Below are positions 32,251-42,017 of a stretch of DNA of 64,000 nucleotides, piece by piece (the first letter of the stretch is position 1; every line of letters begins with the position of its first letter). Source of the DNA: an uncultured Thermoleophilia bacterium (GTDB taxonomy: Bacteria; Actinomycetota; Thermoleophilia; UBA2241). The notes under the pieces were generated by a model. That model was given only the letters and a program-made list of their open reading frames with translations, made no database searches and had not been told where the DNA came from. Position numbers and translations under genes: made by a program. The stretch is taken from positions 64,001-128,000 of the forward strand of contig CAVPCT010000005.1 of NCBI GenBank assembly GCA_963702475.1, in the 5' to 3' direction.

Positions 32251-32817
32251 TCAGGCGCGACCCAGGTACTCCCGGGTGCGCGTGTCCACTTTGATCCGCT
32301 CGCCCTCCTCGATGAAGAGCGGCACCTGGACGGTGACGCCGGTCTCGAGGGTGGCGGGCTTGGTGGCGCCCTGGGCCGTGTTGCCCTGCACGCCCGGATC
32401 CGACTGCTTGATGACGAGCTCCACGAAGTTGGGCGCCTGCACGTCGAACGGCTCCCCGTTCAGGTAGTAGACCTCGACCTCCATGTTCTCCACGGCCCAC
32501 TCGAGCGCGTCCTTGGCCATGTCGGGAGCTACGGAGATCTGCTCGTACGTCTCGTTGTCCATGAGGACGACCTCGTCCTCGGTGGAATAGAGATAGGCCA
32601 ACTTGCGCGACTGCGTGTGCATGCGCTCGAACTTCTCGCCGGCGCGGAACGTCCTGTCGAGCACCGCGCCGGTGGCGATGTTGCGCACCTTGGTGCGCAC
32701 GAACGCGCCGCCCTTGCCGGGCTTCACGTGCTGGAAGTCGACGATGGTGAAGGGCTGGCCGTCGATCTCGATGGCCATGCCGGTCTTGAACTGGTTGGTG
32801 TTCACAACGTCTGCCAT
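32251..32817 (-). CDS. efp: Elongation factor P
   Basis: HVKPGKGGAFVR, KPATLETG, VPLFIEEGE.IKVDTR. Confidence 0.98.
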   Translation of the reverse strand: MADVVNTNQFKTGMAIEIDGQPFTIVDFQHVKPGKGGAFVRTKVRNIATGAVLDRTFRAGEKFERMHTQSRKLAYLYSTEDEVVLMDNETYEQISVAPDMAKDALEWAVENMEVEVYYLNGEPFDVQAPNFVELVIKQSDPGVQGNTAQGATKPATLETGVTVQVPLFIEEGERIKVDTRTREYLGRA

Positions 32818-32988
32818 GTGGTCCTACTTCAGGGGTCGCCTGTACGGGTCTGGTCGGGGCAAGAGGCTAGTGTACCGCAAGCGCGAAGGGCCGGGGTAGC
32901 GGTGTGTCAGGCAGCGACGCTCCGCGGACGGGTGGGCCGGCGCCCGGCGCGCCCTCGCCGCAGGCGAGCCCTCGCGCCGGGCTCCTCG

Positions 32989-34164
32989 TCAGTCGACGAT
33001 GCGCAGGTCCTTCGACGACGTCGTGAGACGCTCGCACCCATCGGCGGTCACGAGCACCGTGTCTTCGATGCGCACGCCGACGACGCCCTCCAGATAGATG
33101 CCGGGCTCGACGGTGCACACCATGCCGGCCTCGAGCACGTCGCCGCGCAGGCGGCCGAGCGACGGCGCTTCGTGGACCTCGAGGCCGACGCCGTGGCCGG
33201 TGCCGTGCCCGAAGTGCGGGCCGTAGCCGGCCTCGTTGACGACCGAGCGCGCCGCTTCGTCCACATCGGCGCGCCCGTCGGCGCCGTGGCGCACGGCGGC
33301 GAGTCCGGCAAGTTGGGCCGCGAGGACGACGTCGTACACGCGGCGCTGTTCCTCGTCCGGCTCGCGACCGGCGGCGAACGTGCGCGTGATGTCGCTGCAG
33401 TAGCCGTCGACCTCAGCACCGATGTCCATGATCACGAGCTCGCCGGGGGCGATGACGCGCGGCCCGGGGATCGCGTGGGCCTGCGCGGCGTGAGCGCCGG
33501 CTGCCACGATGGTGGCGAACGCCTCGCCCTCGGCCCCACGCCGGTGGAACTCCTCCCGGACGCGCCAGGCGACCTCCGCCTCCGTGCGGCCGCTCAGGCC
33601 CTCGGCGACGACCACCTCGAGCGCTGCCTCCGTGACCGCCGCCGCACGCCTCATGACGACCAGCTCCGCCTCCTCCTTGCGGACGCGCAGGCGTGTCACC
33701 CGGCCGCCTGCGTCGCGCAGGCGGCCGGCATGTCTCCGACGCAGGCGCCGGTACGCCGCGAAGCTCACGTCGCCACCCTGGAAGCCGAGGCGATGGTCGG
33801 CGCCGAGGCGCCCGGCGGCGGCGGCCAGCGCGTCGGCCACGAGGTCGCCGCCGGCCGCCTCAACGAGCTCGAAGCCGGCGACCTCCTCGCGGACCTGCTC
33901 CCAGTACCGCGCGTCGGTGACGATGAGCGCGATCTCCGCGCCGACCAGCAGCGCAGTGTCGCCGCCGCGAAAGCCCGAGAGATAGCGCACGTCGCTCGAC
34001 TTGGTGACGAGCACGGCGTCCAGGCCGTAGTCGTCCAGGAGCAGCCGGCAGCGTTCGAGGCGGGGGGCAGTCTCGGCAGCCCCGCCCGCGTGGGCCGTGC
34101 TCACGCCGCCCGCGCCCGTCGCCGGAGCGACGTCCACCCCGCCCGCGCTCGCCGCAGCAGTCAC
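32989..34164 (-). CDS. Xaa-Pro aminopeptidase (M24, PepQ/YqhT-like)
   Basis: DIGA..DGYCSDITRT, HGTGHGVGLEVHEAP, TVEPGIY, GVRIED; start uncertain. Confidence 0.92.
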   Translation of the reverse strand: MTAAASAGGVDVAPATGAGGVSTAHAGGAAETAPRLERCRLLLDDYGLDAVLVTKSSDVRYLSGFRGGDTALLVGAEIALIVTDARYWEQVREEVAGFELVEAAGGDLVADALAAAAGRLGADHRLGFQGGDVSFAAYRRLRRRHAGRLRDAGGRVTRLRVRKEEAELVVMRRAAAVTEAALEVVVAEGLSGRTEAEVAWRVREEFHRRGAEGEAFATIVAAGAHAAQAHAIPGPRVIAPGELVIMDIGAEVDGYCSDITRTFAAGREPDEEQRRVYDVVLAAQLAGLAAVRHGADGRADVDEAARSVVNEAGYGPHFGHGTGHGVGLEVHEAPSLGRLRGDVLEAGMVCTVEPGIYLEGVVGVRIEDTVLVTADGCERLTTSSKDLRIVD

Positions 34165-34628
34165 GTCCGCACCTTCCTGCCGGCGGCATCCGCCAGCGCA
34201 TCGACGGCCTCGGCGTACCCTTCTCTGCCCCTGCCGCTGATGCGGACGGCCGCCAGGTCGGCGATCACGGAGTGACGGCGCCACTCCTCCCTGTTCGAGA
34301 TGTCGGAGAGATGCACCTCGGCGACAGGCGCGGTGACCAGCTCGAGCGCATCCCTGATGGCGTAGCTGTAATGGGTCCAGGCGCCGGGGTTGATGATCAC
34401 GCCGGCCGCTCCCCCACGCGAGATGTCGTGGAGCTTCTCGACCAGCTCGCCCTCGTGATTCGTCTGGAAGGCGATCAGGGCGAACCCGCGAGCCTCTGCG
34501 CGCTCACGCACGTAGGTCTCGAGCTCGGCCAGCGTGAGGGAGCCGTAGTGGGTGGGGTCGCGACTGCCGAGCATGTCGAGGTTCACGCCGTGCAGGAGCC
34601 ACAGCGTCTTCAGCGGCGCGTCAGCCAT
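34161..34628 (-). CDS. aroQ: Type II 3-dehydroquinate dehydratase
   Basis: HGVNLDMLGSRDP..YG, QTNHEG, INPGAWTHYS, EVHLS. Confidence 0.96.
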   Translation of the reverse strand: MADAPLKTLWLLHGVNLDMLGSRDPTHYGSLTLAELETYVRERAEARGFALIAFQTNHEGELVEKLHDISRGGAAGVIINPGAWTHYSYAIRDALELVTAPVAEVHLSDISNREEWRRHSVIADLAAVRISGRGREGYAEAVDALADAAGRKVRT

Positions 34629-35698
34629 CCCACCACCTCGAGCTCCAGTCCGGCCGGTACGCGCAGGCCCGTGGAGGGCGCACCGATGGCGTCGAGCAGC
34701 ACGTGGGCGACGCCCTCCTCATCGGCCTTCTTGTCACGCGACGTCAGGGCGCACACCTGTTTTGGAGGGACGCCGTCGAGGCGACGAGGAAGCCCGAGGG
34801 CATCGAGCAGGTCGTGGCCGGCCCTCTCCTGAGCTTCATCGAGTCCGCGGACCTCCCGCGAGAGCCGCAGGGTGGCGTGCAGGCCGAGCGCGACAGCCTC
34901 GCCGTGGGAGTACCGCGCGAACGCGGTGGCTGCCTCTATGGCGTGACCGATGGTGTGTCCGAGGTTGAGCACGGCGCGAGCGCCGGTCTCCTCGCGCTCG
35001 TCGGCGGCGACCACGAGCAGCTTGTGCGCGGCGCAGCCTGCGACCAGATCCTCGCCGACACCGGCGGCGGTCAGGCCGCCGGCGGCGAGCCGTTCCGCCA
35101 GGGTCCACAGCTCGCCGCCGGCCAGCAGCCCGTACTTGGCCACCTCGGCGGCCCCGCTGCGCAGCTCCGCCGCCGAAAGCGTGGCGAGCACGTCGAGGTC
35201 GGCTACCACCAGACGCGGCTGGTAGAACGTGCCGACGTAGTTCTTGCCGGCGCGGAAGTCGACGGCGACCTTGCCGCCGATGCCCGCGTCGACCTGGGCA
35301 AGCAGCGTGGTGGGCACCTGCACAAGACGGACGCCGCGCTGGTAGCTGGCGGCGACGAACCCGGCGAGGTCGCCGACCACGCCGCCGCCGAGCGCGACCA
35401 CGAGGTCGCTACGGCGCACGCCGCGGTCGTAGAGGACGCCGTACATCTCCTCGGCGCGACTCAGGCTCTTCTGGCGTTCGCCGGCGGGGATGACGAGGTG
35501 CGACACCTCGTACGCGGCCGCGGAGAGGCTCGCCCTCGCGGGCTCCAGGTACAGCGGCGCCACGTTCTCGTCGCAACACACCACGGCGCGCGTGCCTCCG
35601 GCGGCGCGCCTCGCCTCGTCGCCGAGTCCGGACAGCGTCCCGCGACCGACCACAACCTCGTAGTCGCGCGTCAGCCCGGAAGAGGCGAGGCGCTTCAC
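34610..35698 (-). CDS. aroB: 3-dehydroquinate synthase
   Basis: GGGVVGDLAGF, PTTLLAQVDA.IGGK, LNLGHTIGHAIE, HGEAV. Confidence 0.97.
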   Translation of the reverse strand: MKRLASSGLTRDYEVVVGRGTLSGLGDEARRAAGGTRAVVCCDENVAPLYLEPARASLSAAAYEVSHLVIPAGERQKSLSRAEEMYGVLYDRGVRRSDLVVALGGGVVGDLAGFVAASYQRGVRLVQVPTTLLAQVDAGIGGKVAVDFRAGKNYVGTFYQPRLVVADLDVLATLSAAELRSGAAEVAKYGLLAGGELWTLAERLAAGGLTAAGVGEDLVAGCAAHKLLVVAADEREETGARAVLNLGHTIGHAIEAATAFARYSHGEAVALGLHATLRLSREVRGLDEAQERAGHDLLDALGLPRRLDGVPPKQVCALTSRDKKADEEGVAHVLLDAIGAPSTGLRVPAGLELEVVGWLTRR

Positions 35699-36267
35699 CG
35701 CCCGCCCTCGGTCCGGTCCGGGCAGGGCCCTGTGCGCCGGACGATCTCCTCGACCACCTCCGCGACGTCGCCGACGGCGTCGGCGGACACGCGCGCGCGC
35801 GCCACCTCGGCGTAGAGCGGCCGGCGCTGCTCGAGCAGCCGCGCAAACTGTTCGCGGTCGCGCGCGAGCGGGCGCGCGGCGTTCTCTCCGCCGCCGGCGC
35901 GCCGCCAGAGCTCATCGAGAGAGGCCTCCAACCACACGACACACGCGAACCCCGTCAGGCGCCGTCGTACGGCTGCGCTCGTGACGGCGCCACCGCCAAG
36001 CGCGACGACCCGGGGAGACCCCTCGGCCTCATCCAGCGCCCGCAGCACGACATCCTCCTCCGTGGCCCGGAACGCCTGTTCCCCCCGGGCAGCGAAGATG
36101 CCGTCGATGGAGCCGTGCTCTCGCTCGACGACCTCGTCGCAGTCCACGAACGGCACGCCGCACCGTTCGGCCAGCGCCCGGCCGGCAGTGCTCTTGCCCG
36201 CCCCCATGAAGCCGACGAGCACCACCGAGGTCCTGACCGCCTTCGCCGCCTCGCCGCGCGTGCTCAT
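35695..36267 (-). CDS. aroK: Shikimate kinase
   Basis: GFMGAGKST, GEQAFR, ALGGG, RPL, RRPLY. Confidence 0.95.
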   Translation of the reverse strand: MSTRGEAAKAVRTSVVLVGFMGAGKSTAGRALAERCGVPFVDCDEVVEREHGSIDGIFAARGEQAFRATEEDVVLRALDEAEGSPRVVALGGGAVTSAAVRRRLTGFACVVWLEASLDELWRRAGGGENAARPLARDREQFARLLEQRRPLYAEVARARVSADAVGDVAEVVEEIVRRTGPCPDRTEGGR

Positions 36268-37427
36268 CGCTCGCGGATCCGGGCGCGGTACGCCTCGACG
36301 GCTGCGACGAGGTCGCCCACCGTGGCACCTCCGAACCGGTCCAGTACGGCGTCGGCCAGCGCCAGCGAGACCACGGCCTCCAACACCACACCCGCGGCGG
36401 GCACGGCGCACCAATCCGAGCGCTCGAACCGCGCCTCCACCACTTCGTGCGTGTCCATGTCCACGCTTGGAAGCGGGCTGTGGAGCGTCGAGATGGGCTT
36501 CATGGCGGCGCGCAACACGAGAGGCTGTCCGGTCGAGATGCCGCCCTCGAGTCCGCCGGCATTGTTGGACGCCCGTCCGTACCCTGTGGCAACGTCGTAC
36601 ACGACCGGGTCGTGCACGCGGCTCCCTCGCCCGGCGGCGGCGGCGAAGCCCAAGCCGAACTCCAGACCCCTGATGGCCGGCACGCCGAAGACCGCGGCCG
36701 CAAGAAGGGCCTGGAGCCTGCGGTCGCCCTGCACGTAGGTTCCCACGCCCGGCGGCAGGCCGTAGGCGAGCACTTCCACGACCCCGCCGAGCGTGTCGCC
36801 GTCCTCGATCGCCGCGTCCACCGCCGCGCGCATGCGGGCGCCGGCCACGGCGTCCAGACAGCGCAAGGGGTCGTCGTCGACGCCGGCGAGCGCCTCCGGC
36901 GTCGCCGGCACACCGGCCACCACACCGCCTATGGCCACCACGTGGCTGGCCACGAGGCATCCGATGGCGGCCAGCAGGCGCCGGGCCACGGCGCCGCAGG
37001 CGACCTTGGCCGCCGTCTCTCGCGCGCTGGCGCGCTCGATGACGTCGCGGATGTCGGCGAGGTCGTACAGCAGAGCGCCGCCCAGGTCGGCGTGTCCGGG
37101 GCGCGGGATCCGCACGGGCGGCTCCTCTGCCTCCGCCGCCGGCTTCTCGGGTGAGAGCTTCTCACCCCAGTTGCCCGCGTCCCGGTTGAGGATCTGGAGG
37201 GCGATGGGGGCGCCGGTGGTGCGCCCGTAGCGGACGCCACCCACGAAGTGCACGCGGTCTTTCTCGATCGCCTGCCGCTCGCCGCGTCCGTAGCCGGCCT
37301 GACGCCGGGCGAGATCGCGGTCGACGTCGGCCGCCGACAGCTCCAGCCCCGCCGGGCACCCCTCAAGGATGGCCGTGAGCGCGGGGCCGTGCGATTCGCC
37401 GGCGGTGAGATGACGGAGTCTGGTCAC
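36264..37427 (-). CDS. aroC: Chorismate synthase
   Basis: TAGESHG, PRPGHAD, ERASARET, NNAGGLEGGIS, MKPIST. Confidence 0.98.
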   Translation of the reverse strand: MTRLRHLTAGESHGPALTAILEGCPAGLELSAADVDRDLARRQAGYGRGERQAIEKDRVHFVGGVRYGRTTGAPIALQILNRDAGNWGEKLSPEKPAAEAEEPPVRIPRPGHADLGGALLYDLADIRDVIERASARETAAKVACGAVARRLLAAIGCLVASHVVAIGGVVAGVPATPEALAGVDDDPLRCLDAVAGARMRAAVDAAIEDGDTLGGVVEVLAYGLPPGVGTYVQGDRRLQALLAAAVFGVPAIRGLEFGLGFAAAAGRGSRVHDPVVYDVATGYGRASNNAGGLEGGISTGQPLVLRAAMKPISTLHSPLPSVDMDTHEVVEARFERSDWCAVPAAGVVLEAVVSLALADAVLDRFGGATVGDLVAAVEAYRARIRER

Positions 37428-37492
37428 GGCTGTACCTTATCGGCAGGGTCAGCTCAGGAAAAGCGCGTGCCCGGCCGTCCGCGCGCCCGAGA

Positions 37493-37530
37493 GATGCGCC
37501 GGGGCGGCCCTGCGGCCGCCCCGGCGCATC
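37493..37530 (-). terminator. Perfect 17-bp hairpin closing the pil cluster before aroC
   Basis: GATGCGCCGGGGCGGCC-GCAG-GGCCGCCCCGGCGCATC about 20 nt after the stop of the last pil gene; weak U tract. Confidence 0.65.
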
Positions 37531-37551
37531 GCACGCTCTTCTTCGGCGAGC

Positions 37552-38361
37552 CTACTTGACGACGACCTGCCCCGCGTGGAGGACGAGCGTCTGGTCGCCG
37601 TGCATCACGGTGACGGTCTGCGCCGAGACGTTGATGGCGATGATGGCGATCTCGCCCCAGGAGGTCTCCACCACGTCGCCCACCTTCAGGTCCGAATACG
37701 TCTTGCCGTCGACCTCGATGGCGCACATCGCGGTACCGTTGCTGGTGGTGATGCTCAGCACCGAGATGGAGTGGCCGTCGGTGCCGCCTCCGCCGCCGCC
37801 GCTGCCCTGTCCGATGCTCAGGACCGAGAGGTTATAGCTCTTGCCGTTCTCAAGGGTCGCCTTCACCGACTCACCGAGATTGACGGTGATGGACGAGTCG
37901 CCGTTCTTGAGTTCGCCGTCGATGACCGCGAAGGTGACGTCACCCGACGTGATACCTGCGATCTTGAACGCCGGCGAGCTGGTCGGCACCTTGTCCCCGT
38001 TCTCCACCGTGTACTCGGTGCCGTTGACGGAGATGCGCGCGGTATAGGCCACCGCCGTGGACGTGGGGCTGGGCGTAGGGCTGGGCGACGGGCTCTCGGT
38101 GGGGAACGGTATGAACGGGTCCTTGGCCTTGAACTGGTCGAGGACCACCTCGGCCCTGGCGGGGTCGGCCACGGCGACCGCGGCGGCGCCCTCGTCGCTA
38201 CCAAGGACGTCGGTCTGGGCGGCGAGCCCGGCCTGGCCCTGCGCGCCGGAGACGCCGGGGGTGGTCTCGCTTCCGTAGGAAAGCGCCACGGCCAGCGCCA
38301 GCGCGGCGCCGAGGATGATGGCGATGACGATGTAGGCGAGAGTGCGGCGGTCGGCGATCAC
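37552..38361 (-). CDS. Membrane-anchored PilP-like protein with two beta-rich domains
   Basis: N-terminal TM, KDPF motif, Pro/Ser/Thr linker, two repeats resembling PilP/GspC-HR; directly after pilO. Confidence 0.6.
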   Translation of the reverse strand: MIADRRTLAYIVIAIILGAALALAVALSYGSETTPGVSGAQGQAGLAAQTDVLGSDEGAAAVAVADPARAEVVLDQFKAKDPFIPFPTESPSPSPTPSPTSTAVAYTARISVNGTEYTVENGDKVPTSSPAFKIAGITSGDVTFAVIDGELKNGDSSITVNLGESVKATLENGKSYNLSVLSIGQGSGGGGGGTDGHSISVLSITTSNGTAMCAIEVDGKTYSDLKVGDVVETSWGEIAIIAINVSAQTVTVMHGDQTLVLHAGQVVVK

Positions 38362-38969
38362 TGCGCACCTCCCGCGTCCGGCGCTGCCACCGGCAGCGCC
38401 CAGAGATAGGCGTTGAGGTCGATGCTGGTGGTGACCGGCGGCACGCTGCCGTCGCTCGTGGAACCCGCCTGGATGTTGAGGTTGGCCAGCTCGAGCAACC
38501 GCCCGGTGGCGCGGAAGTTCGCGTTACGGAATGCCACGTAGTTCTCGAGGCGGTAGACGAAGTCCTCGACATCGAAGAACCTGCCCACGACCTGGATGGA
38601 GACGCTCTGCACCCCGTAGGGCGTACCCGGCGTGGTGGTGCCGCGGGTGATGGTGGTGAGATCGACCCCGGAGGCGTCGGCCGTGCGCGTGAGCTCGATG
38701 ATGAGCGACGGGATGCCCTCGGTCTGGGGCAACGCCTTGCCAAGGCGCACGATCTCGGCCCGGGACTGGGGCGCCGTCTTCTTGTACGACTCGAGGCGGA
38801 CGACCTCCTGCTGGGCCGTGGCCAGGGTGGTGCGCTGCGTGTCGATCTGCGTCTCCAGGTCGCTCTTCTCCGACTGCTTGGGGCTGAAGAGAAGGAAGTA
38901 CCACGCGACGATGAGCACGACGGCGACGACGCCGGCGATGATGTAGATCTCACGACCGCGGGCTCTCAT
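38358..38969 (-). CDS. pilO: Type IV pilus assembly protein PilO
   Basis: TM (IVAWYFLLFSP), coiled coil, LPQTEGIPSLI, VVGRFFDVEDFVYRLE. Confidence 0.85.
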   Translation of the reverse strand: MRARGREIYIIAGVVAVVLIVAWYFLLFSPKQSEKSDLETQIDTQRTTLATAQQEVVRLESYKKTAPQSRAEIVRLGKALPQTEGIPSLIIELTRTADASGVDLTTITRGTTTPGTPYGVQSVSIQVVGRFFDVEDFVYRLENYVAFRNANFRATGRLLELANLNIQAGSTSDGSVPPVTTSIDLNAYLWALPVAAPDAGGAQ

Positions 38970-39616
38970 GGCGTGACCCCCGCGAGCTGCGTGGCCGGCG
39001 CCGGCGTCATGAAGGGCCGGAGCGACGCCGTGATGGTGAACGCCACCGTGGAGGTGGAGCCGGCGGTCGCCGAGCCGCTCCCGGCGGACGCGCTGAGCTG
39101 GATGTTCGAGAGCTGGGGTATGAGCCCCAGACGGGTCATGAAGTCGGCCACGTCCTGGTGCGTGTAGGTGGTGCCGGCGAACGTCAGGTCGGGCGTGCCC
39201 GTGACGGTGCCCGGCGGCACCGCGACCGCGGTGCCGGGAAGCATGGTCGGGGGCACCACCGCCGACAGCGACTGCAGCCGCACGTTGTCGGGGATCACCA
39301 GGCTGATCTCCTGCAGGATCGTGGACCACGACACGCGCGCGTCGTAGATACCCTTGGCGGTCTCGGTCATGGACGTGCGCGTCGCCTGGATCTCGGCGTA
39401 CGGCCTGAGGGCGGCGATCTGCTGCTGCACCGCGGCCGTCTGCGCCATGAGGTCGTCAAGCTCCGCCTGCTTGTCGCTGACCTGCTGGTTCGTGAACACG
39501 TAGACGAGCCCCAGCGCGACAACCACGGCGACCAGGATGAGGATCGCCCAGAGGAGCCCACGCTCGCGGGACGCCTTGACCCGCTGTTCAGGTGGCAGCA
39601 GATTGATGCGCTTCAC
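38966..39616 (-). CDS. pilN: Type IV pilus assembly protein PilN
   Basis: RINLLP motif, TM, coiled coil, WSTILQEISLVIPDNVRL. Confidence 0.92.
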   Translation of the reverse strand: MKRINLLPPEQRVKASRERGLLWAILILVAVVVALGLVYVFTNQQVSDKQAELDDLMAQTAAVQQQIAALRPYAEIQATRTSMTETAKGIYDARVSWSTILQEISLVIPDNVRLQSLSAVVPPTMLPGTAVAVPPGTVTGTPDLTFAGTTYTHQDVADFMTRLGLIPQLSNIQLSASAGSGSATAGSTSTVAFTITASLRPFMTPAPATQLAGVTP

Positions 39617-39619
39617 GAC

Positions 39620-40711
39620 TCAGCCCTCGTCGTCCAGAGCAAGTCCGACCGCAACTGCGAGCCGCGGTCCGATGGCCTGCAGCTCGGGGTCGGACATCTG
39701 GGTCTTGTTCTCGGCGATGTGCTGCAGAGGATGACCGAGCTCGACCGCAGTGTGGAGCGCCTGCGCGAGGTACTCGCAGATGTTCTGCGTGAGAGCCCCT
39801 TCGCCGCTGAGCAGCACGTGGGTCACCGGCCCTGAGATCTCGAGGGACTGGTAGTAGTCGATGGACCGCCGGATCTCGTCGGCGATGACCTCCCCTGCGT
39901 CGTCGAGCACTCCTCGCACCTCTTCCACTGTCTGAGGCTCGTAGTCACCCATGGCCGCCAGAGCGCCCTGGAAACCGATGTACATGCGCATCACGTCGGC
40001 CTCGGTCCACTCCACACCGCGGTTGCCCGTGAGCGCGTCGACCAGCGTCTCGTACCCGCGGCCGATGACGCGGGTGAAGAGCGGGGCGCCGTTGACCACG
40101 ACCGCGAGGCTGGTGATGCCCTTGCCGACGCTCACCAGGGCGACGGCCTCGGCGCCCGCCGAGGCGCCCTGGTCGACGAAGGCCACACGTGGCGCCATGG
40201 CGCGGACGAGCGCGAACGCCTGGAGGTCGATGCCCTCCAGAGTGAGACCGGCCTTCTTGGCGACTTCAGTGAACTGCCGGACCATGTCGCTCTGCGCGGC
40301 GACGATGAGGACGCGCTGACGCGCGGTGCCGTCGTCGGAGGTCACGGTGTCGAGCCGGTCGAAATCGAGGATGCGGTTCTCCGGCAGGATCGGGATACTC
40401 TCGTTGGCCCAGAACTCCACGGCCGGCCGAAGCTCCTTGTCGTCCGCCAGAAGGGGGAAGAACTCCGTGCGCACGACGATCTTCTGGTTCGCGACGCCGA
40501 GGGCGAAGCGCTTGCCCGTGAAGCCGCTCTCCTTCCAGAAGGACTTGAGCTCGGCTGCGAGGAGATCGACGTCCAGCACTTCGCCTTCGAAGATAAGGCC
40601 TTCCCGCATGGCGCGTACATTGGCGTGCGCGAGCGTGAGACCCTTCATCTGGACTCCGGCCACGGAGTTCTGTTCGAGGTCGATGCCTACTCGCACACCG
40701 CTGATCGCCAT
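39620..40711 (-). CDS. pilM: Type IV pilus assembly protein PilM
   Basis: Actin-like VGIDL, IDLQAFALVRA, EIRRSIDYY, LLSGEGA, AVAVGLAL. Confidence 0.92.
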   Translation of the reverse strand: MAISGVRVGIDLEQNSVAGVQMKGLTLAHANVRAMREGLIFEGEVLDVDLLAAELKSFWKESGFTGKRFALGVANQKIVVRTEFFPLLADDKELRPAVEFWANESIPILPENRILDFDRLDTVTSDDGTARQRVLIVAAQSDMVRQFTEVAKKAGLTLEGIDLQAFALVRAMAPRVAFVDQGASAGAEAVALVSVGKGITSLAVVVNGAPLFTRVIGRGYETLVDALTGNRGVEWTEADVMRMYIGFQGALAAMGDYEPQTVEEVRGVLDDAGEVIADEIRRSIDYYQSLEISGPVTHVLLSGEGALTQNICEYLAQALHTAVELGHPLQHIAENKTQMSDPELQAIGPRLAVAVGLALDDEG

Positions 40712-40744
40712 GCTTGCCCCTCCGCCGCCCGGACGCCTTCTAGG

Positions 40745-40771
40745 TTGTCGGCAGCCTCAGTGATTCCTTTA
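40745..40771 (-). promoter_or_regulatory. Sigma28/WhiG-type promoter upstream of pilM
   Basis: TAAAG-N14-GCCGACAA on minus strand, ~35 nt before pilM ATG. Confidence 0.75.
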
Positions 40772-40892
40772 GGACGGTGGTTCGACAACCCCGAGGCCTG
40801 CCCTGCCCCCGACAGGGATACAAGTCTATGCAACAACGAGGCGATAGGTACAGCCCCAAGCACCTTCCTGAGTCCCGCAGTGCGCACAGTGG

Positions 40893-42017
40893 TCACCTGC
40901 CGAGTGAGAGGATGGCCGTGTCGACGAGCCCCGGCAGGGGGTGACGTCGCCAGTCGACGGGCGTCGTCACCTCCGCCGGAGCGTCGACCGTGAGCGTGCG
41001 TGTCCAGAGGTGGCCCTCGAGGCTGAAGGGACCGGCGATGACCGCGCCGCCGAAGCTGATGAGGGCGCCGCGAAGCCTCACCGGCGCCCCTTCCGCCCCC
41101 AGGACAACGTCGCCCTCCAGGATCAGGACGAGCGGGCAGTCGGTGGCGGCTCGCTCGCCCACCACGGTCACCGGGGTCCCCCAGTCGGGCACAACGGCCA
41201 CGAGGCCGGATGCGCCGGAGGATGGGACCGAGGCGACGTCGGTGAGGTCGACCGTCCCGTCCGGTCCGGGCGCGAGCCGGACGTCCGCCATCTCGATGAG
41301 AAGTGTCTTCCCGGCAGGCGACGGCGGCTGAGTGACTGCCTCGACCGGGCCCGGCCCCGTGTGCACGTCGGTGTCGGGGCCGTGCGGTGTGGGGGCCTCG
41401 TGGACCTCGACGTCCTGCGCCCAGATGCCGCCCAGCGCGTGGACGGCGGCGACGGGCCAGTCTTCGCCGTGGACGTGATCGCCCGGTGAAGCCGGCCCGT
41501 TCGCGAGCGGGTCGACGAACGTGACGAGTTCGCGACCGGCGACGCTGCCGCCGCTGTAGAGCCCGCCACCGGAGATGGTGAGCGGAGCGCGCACCCGTAC
41601 GTCGCCGCCCACGGCGAGGCCCCGTGCTCCCTGCGCCGGACGCAGCTCCACCACGGCGTGGACGCGCCGCCGCGCGGCCGCCGACCACGCCAGTGCGACG
41701 ACATCGACCTGCACGCAGGCGGTCGCCTCCAGCGGCGGCACCGCCGCGCATGCCCAGCTCCACTCGACTCCGCTCGACGACGCTGGTCCCGCAGCGGTCC
41801 ACGGCAGGCGATCGGGACGCCTGCGGAGCCACATGCAGGCGTGGTCCAGCGTCTGGCCGGCGGCGCGCGAGACGAGGGCCGTGCTCACATCGCCGGCGGC
41901 CACCTCGAGGCCGGCGCCGACGGCCGCCACCGCCGCGGCTGCGAAGAGGGCGGCGAGGGCCGTGACGAGCAGGGCGGCGAGCAGGGCGTACCCTCCCTGT
42001 GGTGCAGCCGGCCTCAC
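40893..42017 (-). CDS. PilX-like minor pilin
   Basis: G|YALLAALLV prepilin-like cleavage site lacking Glu5, hydrophobic helix, beta-rich C-terminus; last of four minor pilins. Confidence 0.65.
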   Translation of the reverse strand: MRPAAPQGGYALLAALLVTALAALFAAAAVAAVGAGLEVAAGDVSTALVSRAAGQTLDHACMWLRRRPDRLPWTAAGPASSSGVEWSWACAAVPPLEATACVQVDVVALAWSAAARRRVHAVVELRPAQGARGLAVGGDVRVRAPLTISGGGLYSGGSVAGRELVTFVDPLANGPASPGDHVHGEDWPVAAVHALGGIWAQDVEVHEAPTPHGPDTDVHTGPGPVEAVTQPPSPAGKTLLIEMADVRLAPGPDGTVDLTDVASVPSSGASGLVAVVPDWGTPVTVVGERAATDCPLVLILEGDVVLGAEGAPVRLRGALISFGGAVIAGPFSLEGHLWTRTLTVDAPAEVTTPVDWRRHPLPGLVDTAILSLGR

